Assembly: GCA_053919585.1 (NCBI GenBank) | Contig: CM132820.1 | Length of the DNA: 63,870 nucleotides | From: Euprymna scolopes | Taxonomy: Eukaryota | Reading direction: 5' to 3' (one strand) | Part shown: positions 38,781 through 51,790 of the stretch, piece by piece | How the letters are laid out: each line of letters starts with the position of its first letter | How positions within the stretch are numbered: position 1 is the stretch's first letter | Translations under genes and position numbers: made by a program | Notes under the pieces: generated by a model | Seen by the model: the letters and a program-made list of their open reading frames with translations, nothing else | Told to the model about the DNA's origin: nothing | The model's database searches: none

Positions 38781-40280
38781 ATGGGATCGACGGACTCGAC
38801 TCAGGTCACTGATCTAGTTGGCCTTTTCCTTTTAAATGAAATACATTGTATACTCCATAAACAATTCAAACTTGAAGGAGGGCTATATAGAGATGATGCA
38901 CTTTTCATAACGAATTCTACTAATAAAAATTATGAAAATGCAATTAAAGCTCTACATACATTATTTAAAAATTATGGACTTAGTATAAAAATCGACCCTA
39001 ATAAAAAAATTGTTAATTTCTTAGACATAACCTTAAATCTTGAAAATTCTACCTTTGAACCATACCATAAACCTAACCAATCACTTCTATATGTCCACAA
39101 TCAATCAAACCACCCTAAATCAATATTAAAATCAATAGTTCCCAATATCGCTCTAAGAATTTCTAGACTGTCTTCTACTAAATCAATATTTACCAAAAAT
39201 GAAAAATACTATAATGAAGCCCTTAAAAACTCTGGATATAATTCACAAATTAAATTCATAAATGAAAATGATAGAAACATAAACTGCATTAAAAATAAAC
39301 CTATTAAGAGCGTAATAACATATAATATGGCAATGTCTTCCCGTATACGAGTTAAGAAAAATAACCAGGAGACAAAAAAAGATAAAACCAAACTACAAAT
39401 ATTAGATAATAATATAAATAAACAACAAACTAAAACCCGCAAACGTAAGAATAGACACAAGGAGATCCTATGGTTCAACCCCCCGTATTCCAAAAACCTA
39501 GAAACAAACATAGCTAGAGAATTTTTTAAAATATTAGATAAGAACTTTAAAGCCCCCCATAGATATAATAAGATTTTCAATAAGAACACAATTAAAGTCT
39601 CTTACTCTACTATGCCTAACCTTCATCAGAAAATAATTAGCTCTAATAATAATAAAATTAATAAACTACAAAATGCAACTATACAAAATACATCGGACTG
39701 TAACTGTAGAAGAAAAAATAAATGTCCCCTACAAGGCTCATGTAAAATTAAAAATGTTATCTATAGCTGCACAGTATCAAAAACTCCAAATATACAAGAA
39801 CCTATCAACAGCCATAACTCAACTACAGAATTAAATAATAACACCAACTTAAATCAATCTACCGATCAATTATTAACCAACCCACCACATTATAATCCAA
39901 CAATAGACCTAACGGAAAATAATCATAATAATCAAGAGGTAATATATATTGGTTCCACATCTGGCCCAATAAAACATAGAATTTCAACGCACAAACATTC
40001 TTTTAAAAATAACTCTCTATCAAACCAAACTACTCTATCCAACTATATTTGGCAACTAAAAAATAGCAATATTTCTTTCAACTTAAAATGGCAAATAATT
40101 GAGACTTGCAAATCATATAAACCAGGAGATAAATTTTGTACATTATGTACAAAAGAAACCGTAAAAATTTTAAAATATGAAGATATAAAAAGCACAACCA
40201 AACTAGTAAATTCAAGACACGAGCTTCTATCGTGTAATCATAAACGTTGGTTTAAATTTAATAAATATAAACCACCTTAA
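38781..40280 (+). CDS. 5'-truncated Penelope-like RT + GIY-YIG endonuclease, frame still open
   Basis: MGSTDSTQVTDLVGL, GLYRDDAL, VNFLDITL, WFNPPYS, CNCRRKNKCPLQGSC linker, VIYSC...YIGST, RISTH, CTLC, LVNSRHE..CNH. The first ~66 aa of ORF 38583 are non-coding read-through. Confidence 0.9.
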   Translation: MGSTDSTQVTDLVGLFLLNEIHCILHKQFKLEGGLYRDDALFITNSTNKNYENAIKALHTLFKNYGLSIKIDPNKKIVNFLDITLNLENSTFEPYHKPNQSLLYVHNQSNHPKSILKSIVPNIALRISRLSSTKSIFTKNEKYYNEALKNSGYNSQIKFINENDRNINCIKNKPIKSVITYNMAMSSRIRVKKNNQETKKDKTKLQILDNNINKQQTKTRKRKNRHKEILWFNPPYSKNLETNIAREFFKILDKNFKAPHRYNKIFNKNTIKVSYSTMPNLHQKIISSNNNKINKLQNATIQNTSDCNCRRKNKCPLQGSCKIKNVIYSCTVSKTPNIQEPINSHNSTTELNNNTNLNQSTDQLLTNPPHYNPTIDLTENNHNNQEVIYIGSTSGPIKHRISTHKHSFKNNSLSNQTTLSNYIWQLKNSNISFNLKWQIIETCKSYKPGDKFCTLCTKETVKILKYEDIKSTTKLVNSRHELLSCNHKRWFKFNKYKPP

Positions 40281-40309
40281 ATCATTAAAAATTACTCATT
40301 AGTAAAAAT

Positions 40310-40346
<37 letters not shown>

Positions 40347-40432
40347 AATTAAGTTAAACCAATTACCGCCCTTAGACTCGTAAATCAAATAATAAATAAA
40401 GCCATGACAATTATCTCCCCTTAAAAACTTGC

Positions 40433-40463
<31 letters not shown>

Positions 40464-41087
40464 TCTCTATAGATATTAACTGTAGCGTCTCTAAATCAAA
40501 ATACGCTAACGGAAATAATTTACTGCACGAGCGTCGCCCTTTTAAAATTCATCATTCAATAAAATAAAAAGCTATAGCAAACATCTAAATGACTACTTTA
40601 AATACAGTTCCTGATTTCAAAAAAATGAAAACCAAAAGGTAATTATATATATATATATTTTTAAATCAAATTTATTATGTAAATTCAAAAATATATATAT
40701 TTTTTCTACTCATTTCTATCTCTAACCTATACCAATTTCCTTATTAATTTTCTTATAAATTTTATATCCAAACCTTTTACTTCAATTTTTCAGATTCATC
40801 TGCCTTACTTTTAATGCTAGGTTTATTTTTGGTGTCTTTTCAATTCAATAGAAATCCTCCTAAATTTGCTGATGAGGAGACCGTGCTTACCAAAAAAAAA
40901 AAACTATGTATAATTATTCTACGTGACTTCATGTATACCACAAATAAAAAGCACGGATTTCCGAAACGATCGTACAGATAATTGACTTTGTTGTTGTTCC
41001 TTCTTATGAAACTGATTTTTAATTTAATTAAATTTTGATTTTTAAATTTTAAAAATTTTAAAACTTTTAAATTATAAATCACATTAC

Positions 41088-41152
<65 letters not shown>

Positions 41153-41316
41153 CTGAATGTCTGTGTAAATTTAATAACGGAGCTGAAGTCAACGATTTGC
41201 TTCTAAAACACAAATAAGTTTTTGATCTGAAAATATTTATTCTAAAGAATAAAAATGAATAAAGTTTATATTTACAAGAATCTTTATACATTTATCTAGC
41301 TAATGAACATAAAATT

Positions 41317-42180
41317 ACGTACGAAAAACCACGTTTATTATTTTTAAATATCTAACTTATATTCTAATATACCTAAAAAGCATGAATGTTTTTTTTTAAG
41401 TTAACAAACTTCTAAATGTATGCTCTTTATATGTTCTATCCAGTGGTTTTATAAACTTGTGATTTGATTTGATTTGAGCCCAAAACAATAAATGTATAAG
41501 GGTTGAAGTTGGAGTCAAAGTTTAAAAAAAATTACTACAAAATTACTCAGCCAATTTCACTTGTGTCAAAAACCAAAAAATTTTCACTTGTGTCAAAAAC
41601 CAAAATAAATATAAAGAAGTATGAAATATTTAAAAGGATGTGGTGATCAGACAACACCAAGGTAAAACAGCACCAGAAAGAATTGTCCAAGCATTTTAAA
41701 TCTTTTGGTATTAAAGTGTGAAGTCTCTAATAGGTACCATATAGCCGTTTATCAAAGGTGCAAAAATGTTTTTAAAATCTGCGATATTGAATTTTGCTTA
41801 TCGTAAAAACTAATAAAAACACATTAAATTAGGCTTGGAGAGTCAATGCTACATCAAGCAATGGGATACATTTTATTTGAGGTTTCCTTTATCAAATATG
41901 TTTGGAATAAAAATTGCCACAGTCGTGAAGGATTTCCATCATTACTTTTCCAGTCCTTCCATCTATCCTCTTTTCAACTCGACACATTTTGAATAATTTC
42001 TTTTCAATTCTTTCAAAATTTAACCATCATCTTTGTTTTGTGTTTATTTTATTTTTACCGCTAAATTTTTCAAGCTATGTACATGTAATCGCCTAAAAAT
42101 GGAGAATCGTGTTTTTCATTTTTTAGGTGTATTAGAATATAAGTTGAATTTTTAAAAATAATAAACGTGGTTTCTTATGT
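41317..42180. mobile_element. Decayed TIR DNA element (~60-bp imperfect TIRs), possibly Tc1-derived
   Basis: AAAACCACGTTTATTATTTTTAAA..AACTTATATTCTAATA.ACCTAAAA inverted at 42120-42175. Confidence 0.6.
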
Positions 42181-42451
42181 TGCTCGGTTAAAATGGCACA
42201 GGTAAAGTGACACGGTAAAAATGGCATCGGTAAAATTGGCACAGGTAAAAATGACAAAAAGTGAATAAATAGGTAAAAATGGCACGTTGACAACGGAAAA
42301 GTAGGACCGTTTGAGAAATGCGGGCTAAGTTCCCATTACCCTGGTTTAAAATAGGGCTAAGCTCCCTTAGCTTTAATTTGGAAAAAGTCTTTTTACTTAG
42401 GTTCAAATTCTGTAGAAGCATCGAAAAATTGTTTTTTAGCGTTTTATTTAA

Positions 42452-42938
42452 TAGTACAAAATAGACTTCGTGGTTTAGTGGGGGATGCCCTTTTCTCTAC
42501 CCTGCAACCTCTCTCCCACAGAAGAGACGTTGCGAGCCTGTCCTTGTTTTATCGTTATTTCCATGGCAGATGCTCGTCTGAACTCCAATCTCTGGTCCCC
42601 CCTCGCCAATCTTTCATGAAAAACACCCGTCTAGCCGAATCCACTGTGAAAAATTTCCTCCACTTTATATCTGTGCCTAAATCAAAACGCGGATTCCATG
42701 AACAAAGCTTCTTTCTTAGAACTGCACGCCTGTGGAACTCTGTTCCGTCTGCCTGCTTCCCTCCGGACTACAACTTGGATGTCTTCAAGTCCAATGTTAA
42801 CAAATTCCTAATGAACCGCCCCCTTAAGTAAACACTTCATCAAATTTCCACACTAACGTAATGTACTTGCAATAACCCTTATCCCTGAGTGGCTTCCGGG
42901 CCTTGATAAGTGGTGATCACTGTGTAAAAAAAAAAAAA
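42452..42938 (+). mobile_element. CR1 (Zenon-like) LINE 3' fragment, family 1
   Basis: ORF 42478-42831 LQPLSHRRDVASLSLFYRYFHG...; 3' UTR and poly-A. Confidence 0.9.
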
Positions 42939-44555
42939 AATTATTTTATCATAAATATTTATGTATAATAATCTGAAAAAAGTCTAAATAAAATTTTATC
43001 GCTGTCATATTTACCTAAATTCAATTTATTTTTTAAGTCTGGAAAATGGAAACTCAATTCAAAGATTTAACCGCTGGCGGCCACTGCTTTTAATTTTTTT
43101 TTTTTCCACCAAAACAATTTTACTTATTAAAAAGCATGTTATTATACAGAAAATCGGCAAAATTGAATTACACATTTACAAATAATTAATTAAAACAGTT
43201 TTTTTTAAATACGAAATGTTAGGTTTGTTTTACAATAGACTTTAAAGCGTTCATTCTGTTTTGAAAAACAAGTAGCGTCGAGCGTTACGTGATAATAAGA
43301 AAGAAATGGCCGCCACGATAGGTTCATATCGTTCGAGTCTCGATAATGGTTTAAAAATAAATAATAAAACAAGTTACTTGTAGAAATCCACTCAATAAAA
43401 GTTATTGGCCGTGCTAAAATAATAACATTATTATTTAGAAAGACACCGTTAACATGGAGAGGAAGGTTATTTGTTAACTAAACTATTCTGTACTTTCACC
43501 TAACAATTTTATAAATAGATAAACTTGGGAAATTTAAACTCTCGCCGGAAGTTATATTACTGATGAAGTTTAATATCAGGAAGAGGATATGTCCAAAACA
43601 CCGTTTGATGCTAACTTTGAATAGGGTACTGTTCTGGTTTGCCAATACTTATGAAATTATCATTGCTTTTTTATGTTTTTCCCCAATTCGCAATTATAAC
43701 TGTTTTGTTGTGAAAGAAAATTAACTATTACTTGCAGAGAGACCCGACGTTGGCCGGGGTTGAATGATGATCAACGAATGCTTCACTCTCCCATATTTTT
43801 TTTTATTGTTATCGAAATCGATGAAATCGATGAAATCGTTCATTTTTCAATCAAATTGATTGATTGATAGTTGGAGACTCATCACGGTGTACCAGGAGGA
43901 AGATTTACATGCGTTAATGCAATGACTTAGTCCACAATACAGTGTAGTCTACATTGCACTGTAGAGAACCTAATATTGATTTTATAAAATTATATTTAAA
44001 TAAAGGCCTGAGTTAAAACACAAAATTCAAGTATCGTGGTTCAGTTGTACTCCAAGCAGAACATTCATTCTAGACGCGCCCCTATCATCTCAAAGAACCT
44101 ACTGTTGATTTTATATGCCTAGTTTTCCGCTGGTGCTGAGATAATGGTTTTGCTAAGATTATAAATTATGATAACCCATCAAACGAACAGAGAAAGAGGG
44201 TGGCTATAATATAATTCCTACTTCTTTAAAGACTTTTCACACTGGCTTGCTAAAAGAATCGGTCAAGCTCAAGCTACCATAAAAGACTTTCAGTTTTACA
44301 TAGACTATGATTAGTTCCTATTAAAAAAAAAGACTAGGCTCACCCCTACCTGTAAGCACCCTGGCTTGCTGGCCCCTAAAAAAGAATTACAGATTATTTT
44401 ACATTAAATTTATATAAGAACCTTTTTTCCCTTCAAGTTTTTTAAGAGTTTCACAATTAATTACCTAGAAAAGTAATATTTCATTTTGGAATGAGGATTT
44501 AGCTAATAGTATTAAAATCTATAAAATTGTCATCGTCATTGTTATTATTATTATT

Positions 44556-45466
44556 TTATTTTTACATGGGGGTCACCACTTATCAAGGCCCAGAGGCCAC
44601 TCGAGGATAAGGGTATATATTAGTCATTGTGATTTTAGCATAGTAAACATTAGTGGGAATTTTGTAACTTGGATTACTTAGGGGGACGGTTCAGTAATAA
44701 CTTGTTTACGTTGGACTTGAAGACAATCAGATTGTAGTCAGCTGGAAAGCAGGCAAACGGAATAGAGTTCCACAGGCGAGCAGTTCTAAGAAAGAAGCCC
44801 TGTTCATGAAATCTAAGTTTAGGTTTAGGCACAGATAAAGAGTGTGGGAAATTGTTGATAGTGGTTCTGGATAGTGGTTCTGGCTAAACGAGTGTTTTTC
44901 GTGAAAAAGTCTGGCGAGGGTGGGGGGACCATAGATTGAAGTTCAAATGAGCACCTGTCATGAAAAAAACAAAAAAAAAACGATAAAGCGGGGACAGGCT
45001 CGCAACGTCTCTTCTGTGGGAAAGAGGTTGCAGGGAAGAGAAAAGAGCATCCCCCACTAACCACTAAGCTACGAAGTGTATTTTGAATTCTGTCAAGACA
45101 GGATAAGCTGCTTCTAGCAGCTCCTGCCCAGATATGGCAACAGTACTCCATCATTGGCTGAACCTGGCATTTATATAGGTAGAGAATGGCACCAGGAGTG
45201 AAATATCTACTGGAGCGATAAAAGGATCCCACCATTTTTCCAGTGACTTTGACAATGGATTTGATATACGTGTTCCATTTCAGATCGGGAGTAAAGGTCA
45301 AGCCCAGAAGCTTGTCAAAACATGAAGCCTACCCAAGACGAGAGCCATTCATTTCGATTGATGGCAGCGGGGCAACAGAACGTTGACGATGTAAAGACAG
45401 AAGCTTGGTTTTAGATGCATTAAAAGTAACCAGCCACCTTTTCCCCATTGTGTCACGTGTTTAAGA

Positions 45467-45510
<44 letters not shown>

Positions 45511-46250
45511 GAGAACTTGGTCATTTACGGTTTTCAAAGTGCTACCATAGATAGTAGTGCCGTCAGAATAAATGTCTACGAATGATCTAAGGGTGTGGTT
45601 TGGAAAATCATTGATGTAGATCAGAAAGAGAGTTAGACCCAGGATGGGCCCCTGAGGGACTCCAGCATTAATACTGAGAGCTTCTGATTTCTGCCCATCA
45701 ACCACTACTCTAACCTATCAGAGAGAAATGATTTAATAGTTGAGAAGACATTTCCAGCTGTACCATGACTGGAGATCTTGTGAAGTAGACCTTTATGTCA
45801 TACCTTATCAAAGGCCTTTGATATGTCAAGAGCAATTGCCCTAGAGAGGAAGCCTCCATCGAGGGATTCGCCAATCCTATGAGATATAACTGTACGCATG
45901 TCTGCTGTAGATCTAGGAGAACGGAAACTATATTGCATGTCACTAAGAAGGCTATTTTTGCTGAGATGGTTGACTACTTCTTTATTTAGCACAGATTCCG
46001 GCAGCTTACTCATGATGCATAGGTCTGTACTGAGAGGGAGATGAGCGATCACCTGAGTTCTTAAATACAGGGCATACTGATGAGATTTTCCAAGATGTTG
46101 GGAAGCAATTCTTCTTAAGACAACGCTTAAATAACTTTGTAAGTATGGGCGCTAGTTCCGGTTGAAGCCTTTTGAGCACTATAATTGGAATGCCGCCAAG
46201 GCCAGTTTCTTTACTGAAATCAAGGTTTTTGATTTTGGCAACATCACGCA
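44556..46250 (-). mobile_element. CR1 (Zenon-like) LINE, most of RT, frameshifted
   Basis: PTSWKISSVCPVFK..YRP, ALDISKAFDKV, GVPQGPILG..LFLIYIND, IYSDGTT, MEYCCHIWAG; (GA)n expansion inside RT. Confidence 0.92.
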
Positions 46251-46297
46251 CATGTATTTGTATATCATAGCATGCTTTCTGATGTGCAAGGAAATAC

Positions 46298-46355
<58 letters not shown>

Positions 46356-46457
46356 TGTTTTTGTTATAGTTTCCATGTAGCTGACTAGAGTTTGTAATTT
46401 ATATCAGTTGGTTTCTGCATTCAAGGATTTTTCTGAAGATTTAATGTTTTTTTATGA

Positions 46458-46694
46458 TTTTTTTTTTACAAAATAGTCACCACTTATCAAGACCCGAAGG
46501 CCACTCAAGGTTATGGGCTTATGAATGTAAAGTGATAGTTTAGTATTCGTTAATTGTGTAAATTGGGAGAAGCTATGTGTTGTGGTACCAGTTTAAGGGG
46601 ACAACTCAACAAAAATATGTTTACATTGTACTTAAAGATTACCATATTCTAATCGGCTGGGAAGCAGGCAAATAGAATTGTGTTCCATATGAAA
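46458..46694 (-). mobile_element. CR1 LINE 3' fragment, family 1 (cut by gap)
   Basis: CACCACTTATCAAGACCCGAAGGCCACTC tail. Confidence 0.75.
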
Positions 46695-47281
46695 NNNNNN
46701 NNNNNNNNNNNNNNNNNNNNNNNNNNNNNNNNNNNNNNNNNNNNNNNNNNNNNNNNNNNNNNNNNNNNNNNNNNNNNNNNNNNNNNNNNNNNNNNNNNNN
46801 NNNNNNNNNNNNNNNNNNNNNNNNNNNNNNNNNNNNNNNNNNNNNNNNNNNNNNNNNNNNNNNNNNNNNGCCAATCAATTTAATAATGCACCAACTTTTT
46901 ATAATTAAAATAAAACCTTAACTTCATTCATAGAGAGAAGGCACAGAATTCTCATTTTGCCTATCAATCGTTGACTATTTTCAACTGTTTATGAAAGCTT
47001 TCAAGTAGCATGTGATACACTAACGATGAACTGATTCAATTTGGCTTCTTTTTTTCTTAAATAAAAATAAATCTTTTGTTGTCTTACAATTTGCAATAAA
47101 TTACAAGGAAAGCATTTGAGAAAAAATATACACGAAAACTACCTGGGGATTTATGTAATAATTTGAAAACAACAAATTTCTAATTAAATATTTATAAATT
47201 TTAAAAGACTCGGAATCGGGAATCGCATCGGAATCTGAAACTTAGAAAGGAATCGGGAAAAATTTTGGAACCATCCCATCA

Positions 47282-47353
<72 letters not shown>

Positions 47354-47354
<1 letters not shown>

Positions 47355-47754
47355 TAGCAATCGGTGCCCGGCGTTGCCCAGGTGTTTTGAAGTGTATGCT
47401 GGGGGAAAAAAAACGGTCAATTTTTTTAAACTTTGACCCCTATTATGACCTCTTAACATTTATTGTTTAGGGATCAAGTAAAGTTAATAAGTTAGATCCA
47501 TGTCCAAAGAATCTATATATAAAATATCACGTGTTTAGACCCTAAATTGTAGGAGGAGTTTGGTAGAGTTCTCAAAGGTCAAATTGTTGAATATTGACCA
47601 CTTAATCGCCAAATTTCTGTCGAAAACCTATCACATCGATTTTCCCAAATCTCAGTACCCTGTATATCAAATTTCGAATCTGTAGGCTTAAAATTGACAG
47701 AGTTTTAGCGTAGGGAAATGCACACAGACGCACAGACACACACAGACACTATCA

Positions 47755-47760
<6 letters not shown>
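47354..47760 (-). mobile_element. Non-autonomous Helitron (same family as 8395-8745)
   Basis: CTAG..CCCGGCGTTGCCC end; shared body. Confidence 0.8.
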
Positions 47761-47795
<35 letters not shown>

Positions 47796-48974
47796 ATAAA
47801 CATCATATATATAAGGATAATAGTACGCCATATATATAACAAAAGACCATTATTTACTGAAGTGAAAGGAAAACCCGGGGGAACTTTACCCAAAAATAAA
47901 TCTATATTTTTTGTGTGTATTGATAGTCTTATCAACACCCCTTTTTTCTATTTATTTAAAAAGAAAATACAACTTTGTTATTTCTGAGTCGTGGAATTGC
48001 ATTCATCTACAAAAGATCTAGCTAATGTGCATATTTTTTTATTGTTTTTAATTAATTTCCTATTAGTTTTTTTTCGGTTCTCTTCTACGATGATCATCTT
48101 TATTTAACTATTACGTGTAATTATATTCATACAGATATTTTATGATTATATTTGCATAATATTTGCGTAGAAATGAAGAAAATCAAATTTACTGTGTGTT
48201 TATCGTGTTGCCATAACAACGTGACGTAGCCAAGGACGGTAGTGGACGTGAGTATGTGTGCGTGTATGCGCGTGTTTTCGTGCTGTGTTTATATTATGCA
48301 TGTTGTTTCGTATCTTCTCAACTTTTTCAAATCTATGTGTACAGTAATACAAACTCGTTTTTCGAGCTGAATAAATATGTTACATTGAATAAAAACACGA
48401 AAAATATATCCAGTTTGGTAGAAAAGTAACTTATCTTGCCTTTAATAACATTTATTTGTTATATATTTGTTTTTTGACAACTTTTTCGAATCTATGTGTA
48501 CAGTAATACAAACCCGAAATGAAAAGACCACGAGTGAACGCGCGTTTTATATAAAAATAAGAATTTTTAAATTTTATCTTTCTAGCTTTAAAAAAAAGTT
48601 TTTAAAATTTTATCAGCCGGCATAATTTATTTTTAAATATTGAAAAATTTCAGGAAAATTAATTTTTGCTAGATTTTCAAAACATTGTTTTCGTGTTGTG
48701 TGTACGTATCTGCGGCTAGCACCAGAATGGCGGCCGTGATGTCGTAGGTTAGATTGTTAGATTGTGTAAGTTTCGTATTTTTTTAATTTGTAAATAACAA
48801 GTTATGAAAAAATTAAACCCTTCCAAGATGGACAATAAATAAAGCCATAATATTTTATGGTAAAGGTAAGAGCGTAGGAACCATAGTTTTTTAGGAGATG
48901 TGATTATTGGATTAACCAATCAGAAATCGTCTGTGGCACGCACATCTCTGTTTATATATATATATATATATATA

Positions 48975-49133
48975 TAATTATTTTCTGTAATGATTATTAT
49001 ATACCTACTGACACTAGTGTTTCATCCTTTTGGGAATCATCAATGCAGGGTGTCATGATTAATACCAGTCGATATATTCGAACCCGGCAACGAAGCCATC
49101 TCTGACTCCATTAGCAAGGACCAAATCGGCCAC
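48975..49133 (-). ncRNA. Family A tRNA-HHR element (5' side lost in gap)
   Basis: B box GGGTTCGAATA; HHR 49049-49004 CCTGCA-TTGATGA-TTCC CAAAA GGAT-GAAA-CACTAGTG-TC-AGTAGG. Confidence 0.8.
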
Positions 49134-49458
49134 NNNNNNNNNNNNNNNNNNNNNNNNNNNNNNNNNNNNNNNNNNNNNNNNNNNNNNNNNNNNNNNNNNN
49201 NNNNNNNNNNNNNNNNNNNNNNNNNNNNNNNNNNNNNNNNNNNNNNNNNNNNNNNNNNNNNNNNNNNTGGTAAACAACTGATGATCCCTTGAAAAATTAA
49301 AAAAAAAAAAAAAATTGGTATTATAGTAAATTCGAGAGAGTTGATGCAGTGATTGCAGGTGATTAAATGACTTACTGACTAAGTGTTTTTTTTGTTTTTT
49401 TTTAACGAATGATAAAAAGTAATTTTTTGTGTAGTTTCAAATGTTAAAAAAACTTCAA

Positions 49459-49518
<60 letters not shown>

Positions 49519-49913
49519 AAGCATGAAAAGATTTAGTGACGTAGATATTTAGACTATCAAATCCTCGGTGACGTTGTTCCCAAGTTTATAACTACAGAGA
49601 AAAGGATGAATGCTTTTATACACATCAAACAATATAATCACCGACCGATTGGTGTAATTCAAGTTGATACTCCTCCTATACATTTACACATTGGGGAATT
49701 ACAGGCGACAATCACATACATGCGTAAACAAAATACATTCGAACACATACGAGTCATAATTCACCCGAAAATTCGCACTAACATTTCTTACCTCCAATAC
49801 ACACACAGGCGTAGGCAGAGAGTATACTCAAGCACACATCTCTTGACAAGCAAACACGCCGAAGATTCTAGACATGAATAAAACTACAGCCTACTAACAT
49901 ACACATCACTAAA

Positions 49914-50408
49914 TCTAATATATAAATGGTTATATGTTGGTCTGTCTGTCTGTATGTCTGTTTGTCTGTCTGTTTAGCTCTCTGTCTCCATATTTTCAAA
50001 CTCTATCTCCTTCTGAAACTAAAAGTCACAGAGCAATGCTAGGGGCCTGAAATGATAGGAGTTTTTATGGATCGTTCTTTTATGTGTATTTAGCCGGTTA
50101 AAATAGTCTTTAAGAGGTAAAAAAAAATGGTAAAAATTGAAAAAAAAAGTTAAACATTTTGTACATTCATTTTAGTTTATTGTTAAATTTTAATCTGTTT
50201 ATATGTGTCAAGTTGGTACAGTGGTAACGTCATAAACTTTGAATGCTACAGTTTCGGTTTCGATTCTAACTGATGGCACCTAAATCCTTTTGTGTTTTAC
50301 TTTTAGAATCACGACTCTATAATAATATATACGAAATCTGGAGAAATTAAAATATCATATTTAAGCGTATTTTACGCCCGGGCAAAGCCGGGCACTCCCT
50401 GCTGCTAG
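49914..50408 (+). mobile_element. Non-autonomous Helitron with (CTGT)n and an embedded tRNA-like segment
   Basis: A|TC start; CCCGGGCAAAGCCGGG...CTAG|T end. Confidence 0.8.
50205..50279 (+). pseudogene. tRNA-like pseudogene or SINE head inside a Helitron
   Basis: A box TGGTACAGTGG, B-box-like GGTTTCGATTC, acceptor GTGTCA/TGGCAC; anticodon stem unpaired. Confidence 0.5.
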
Positions 50409-50704
50409 TATTTATAGACGCAACTTTTCTCAAATTTTACAGTTTTCCAGATCATCTATTTACTTAATTAGATTAATCTATCTAGAATTAATTTATGTTC
50501 TAACTAATTAATTCGACAATTTAATCGGTATTAACTAAATCTTTTAATTTTATATTTACTATTTAACCGAACTGATGAAATTCCCCTCTTGACCAAATTA
50601 CCGTAGGTTTGCAACAGTAGATTCCGCATACACATTTATTGTGTGAAGGCTATTATCTACTACATTATGTAACTTTATAACTTCATTATAGACAGATTTA
50701 GGCC

Positions 50705-51050
50705 TTATAATAAAATTCTACAACTCATCCTAGGAGAGAAATCGTCACTATCGCCATCATTATTAGAGGAAGCAGTTCCTATTTTCCCCTCTAATTCATA
50801 ACTGCTCTTATCGCCCCCAACTCTACACTGCGTAAAATTACACAAAGTAGACTTGTCTTGTCCCGTCACCGTTATTAACTGAACCATAAACTTGTAGAAA
50901 TTCTGATTCACAGATTCAGAAAATAATGATATCTCTCTTCGCAAATTCCACCCTTACTTATTGAATGTTAGCTGTAATTCGCTTATTCCGGATTTTAAAC
51001 CTTAAACAAAAACGAACGCTCGGGTATTATACACAACATGGCGTCTGCAA
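50705..51050. repeat. Unclassified dispersed repeat, paralogue of 12720-13085
   Basis: See 12720-13085. Confidence 0.65.
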
Positions 51051-51095
51051 GACAAGCGTTACGTAAAATTGTTGCACTATATACACACATGACAC

Positions 51096-51790
51096 CACTG
51101 GCGTAGCTAGGGGGGGCCGGGCCGTCCCGGGCGGCACACCTGAGGGGGCGGCATTTTGAGAGGGTAAAAATAGAAAGTAGAAAAAATAAATAAAAATAAA
51201 CAAAAGTTAACAAAAAATATGAAATTTTATACCAAAAAGGTTGTAAAAAATCGGAATTTTGGGGGGTATCGGAATCAGAAAAAATTTGTCCCTATTTTCT
51301 GAGCGTCAGGGGGGGCGACATGGGGGCGGCATTTTGAGATGGTAAAAGAGGAAAATCGAAAAAAATGCTAACAAAAAATCTGAAATTTTATATCGAAAAT
51401 GTTGTAAAAAATGGGAACTTTTGTAGTTATTGGAATCGCAAAAAGGTGTCCCTATTTTGCGAGCGGCATATGTCAGGGGGCGGCATTTTGAGAGAGTAAA
51501 AATAGAAAGTAGAAAAAAAGAAATAAAAATAAACAAAATCTAACAAAACATCTGACATTTTATACTGAAAAAGTTGTCAAAAATCGGAAATTTTTGAGGT
51601 ATCAGAATCAGAAAAATGTGTCTCTTATTTACGAGCAGCACATGTCAGGGGCGGCATTTTGAGAGGATAAAAATAGAAAATAGAAAAATATATAAAAGCT
51701 AACAAAAAATCTGAAATTTTATACCGAAAGTTTGTAAAAATCTGAAGCATTGGAATCGGAAAAATGTGTCCCTATTTTACGATTCCAAAA
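51096..51790 (+). mobile_element. hAT-like element end with four ~160-185-bp tandem subrepeats
   Basis: CACTGGCGTAGCTAGGGGGGG terminus; GGGGCGGCATTTTGAGA units at ~51145, 51323, 51477, 51648. Confidence 0.55.

Noticed and set aside
40860-40916. Functional hammerhead at the PLE 3' end
   Set aside because: CTGATGA is present but GAAA is replaced by a poly-A run and the stems are weak; at best a relic
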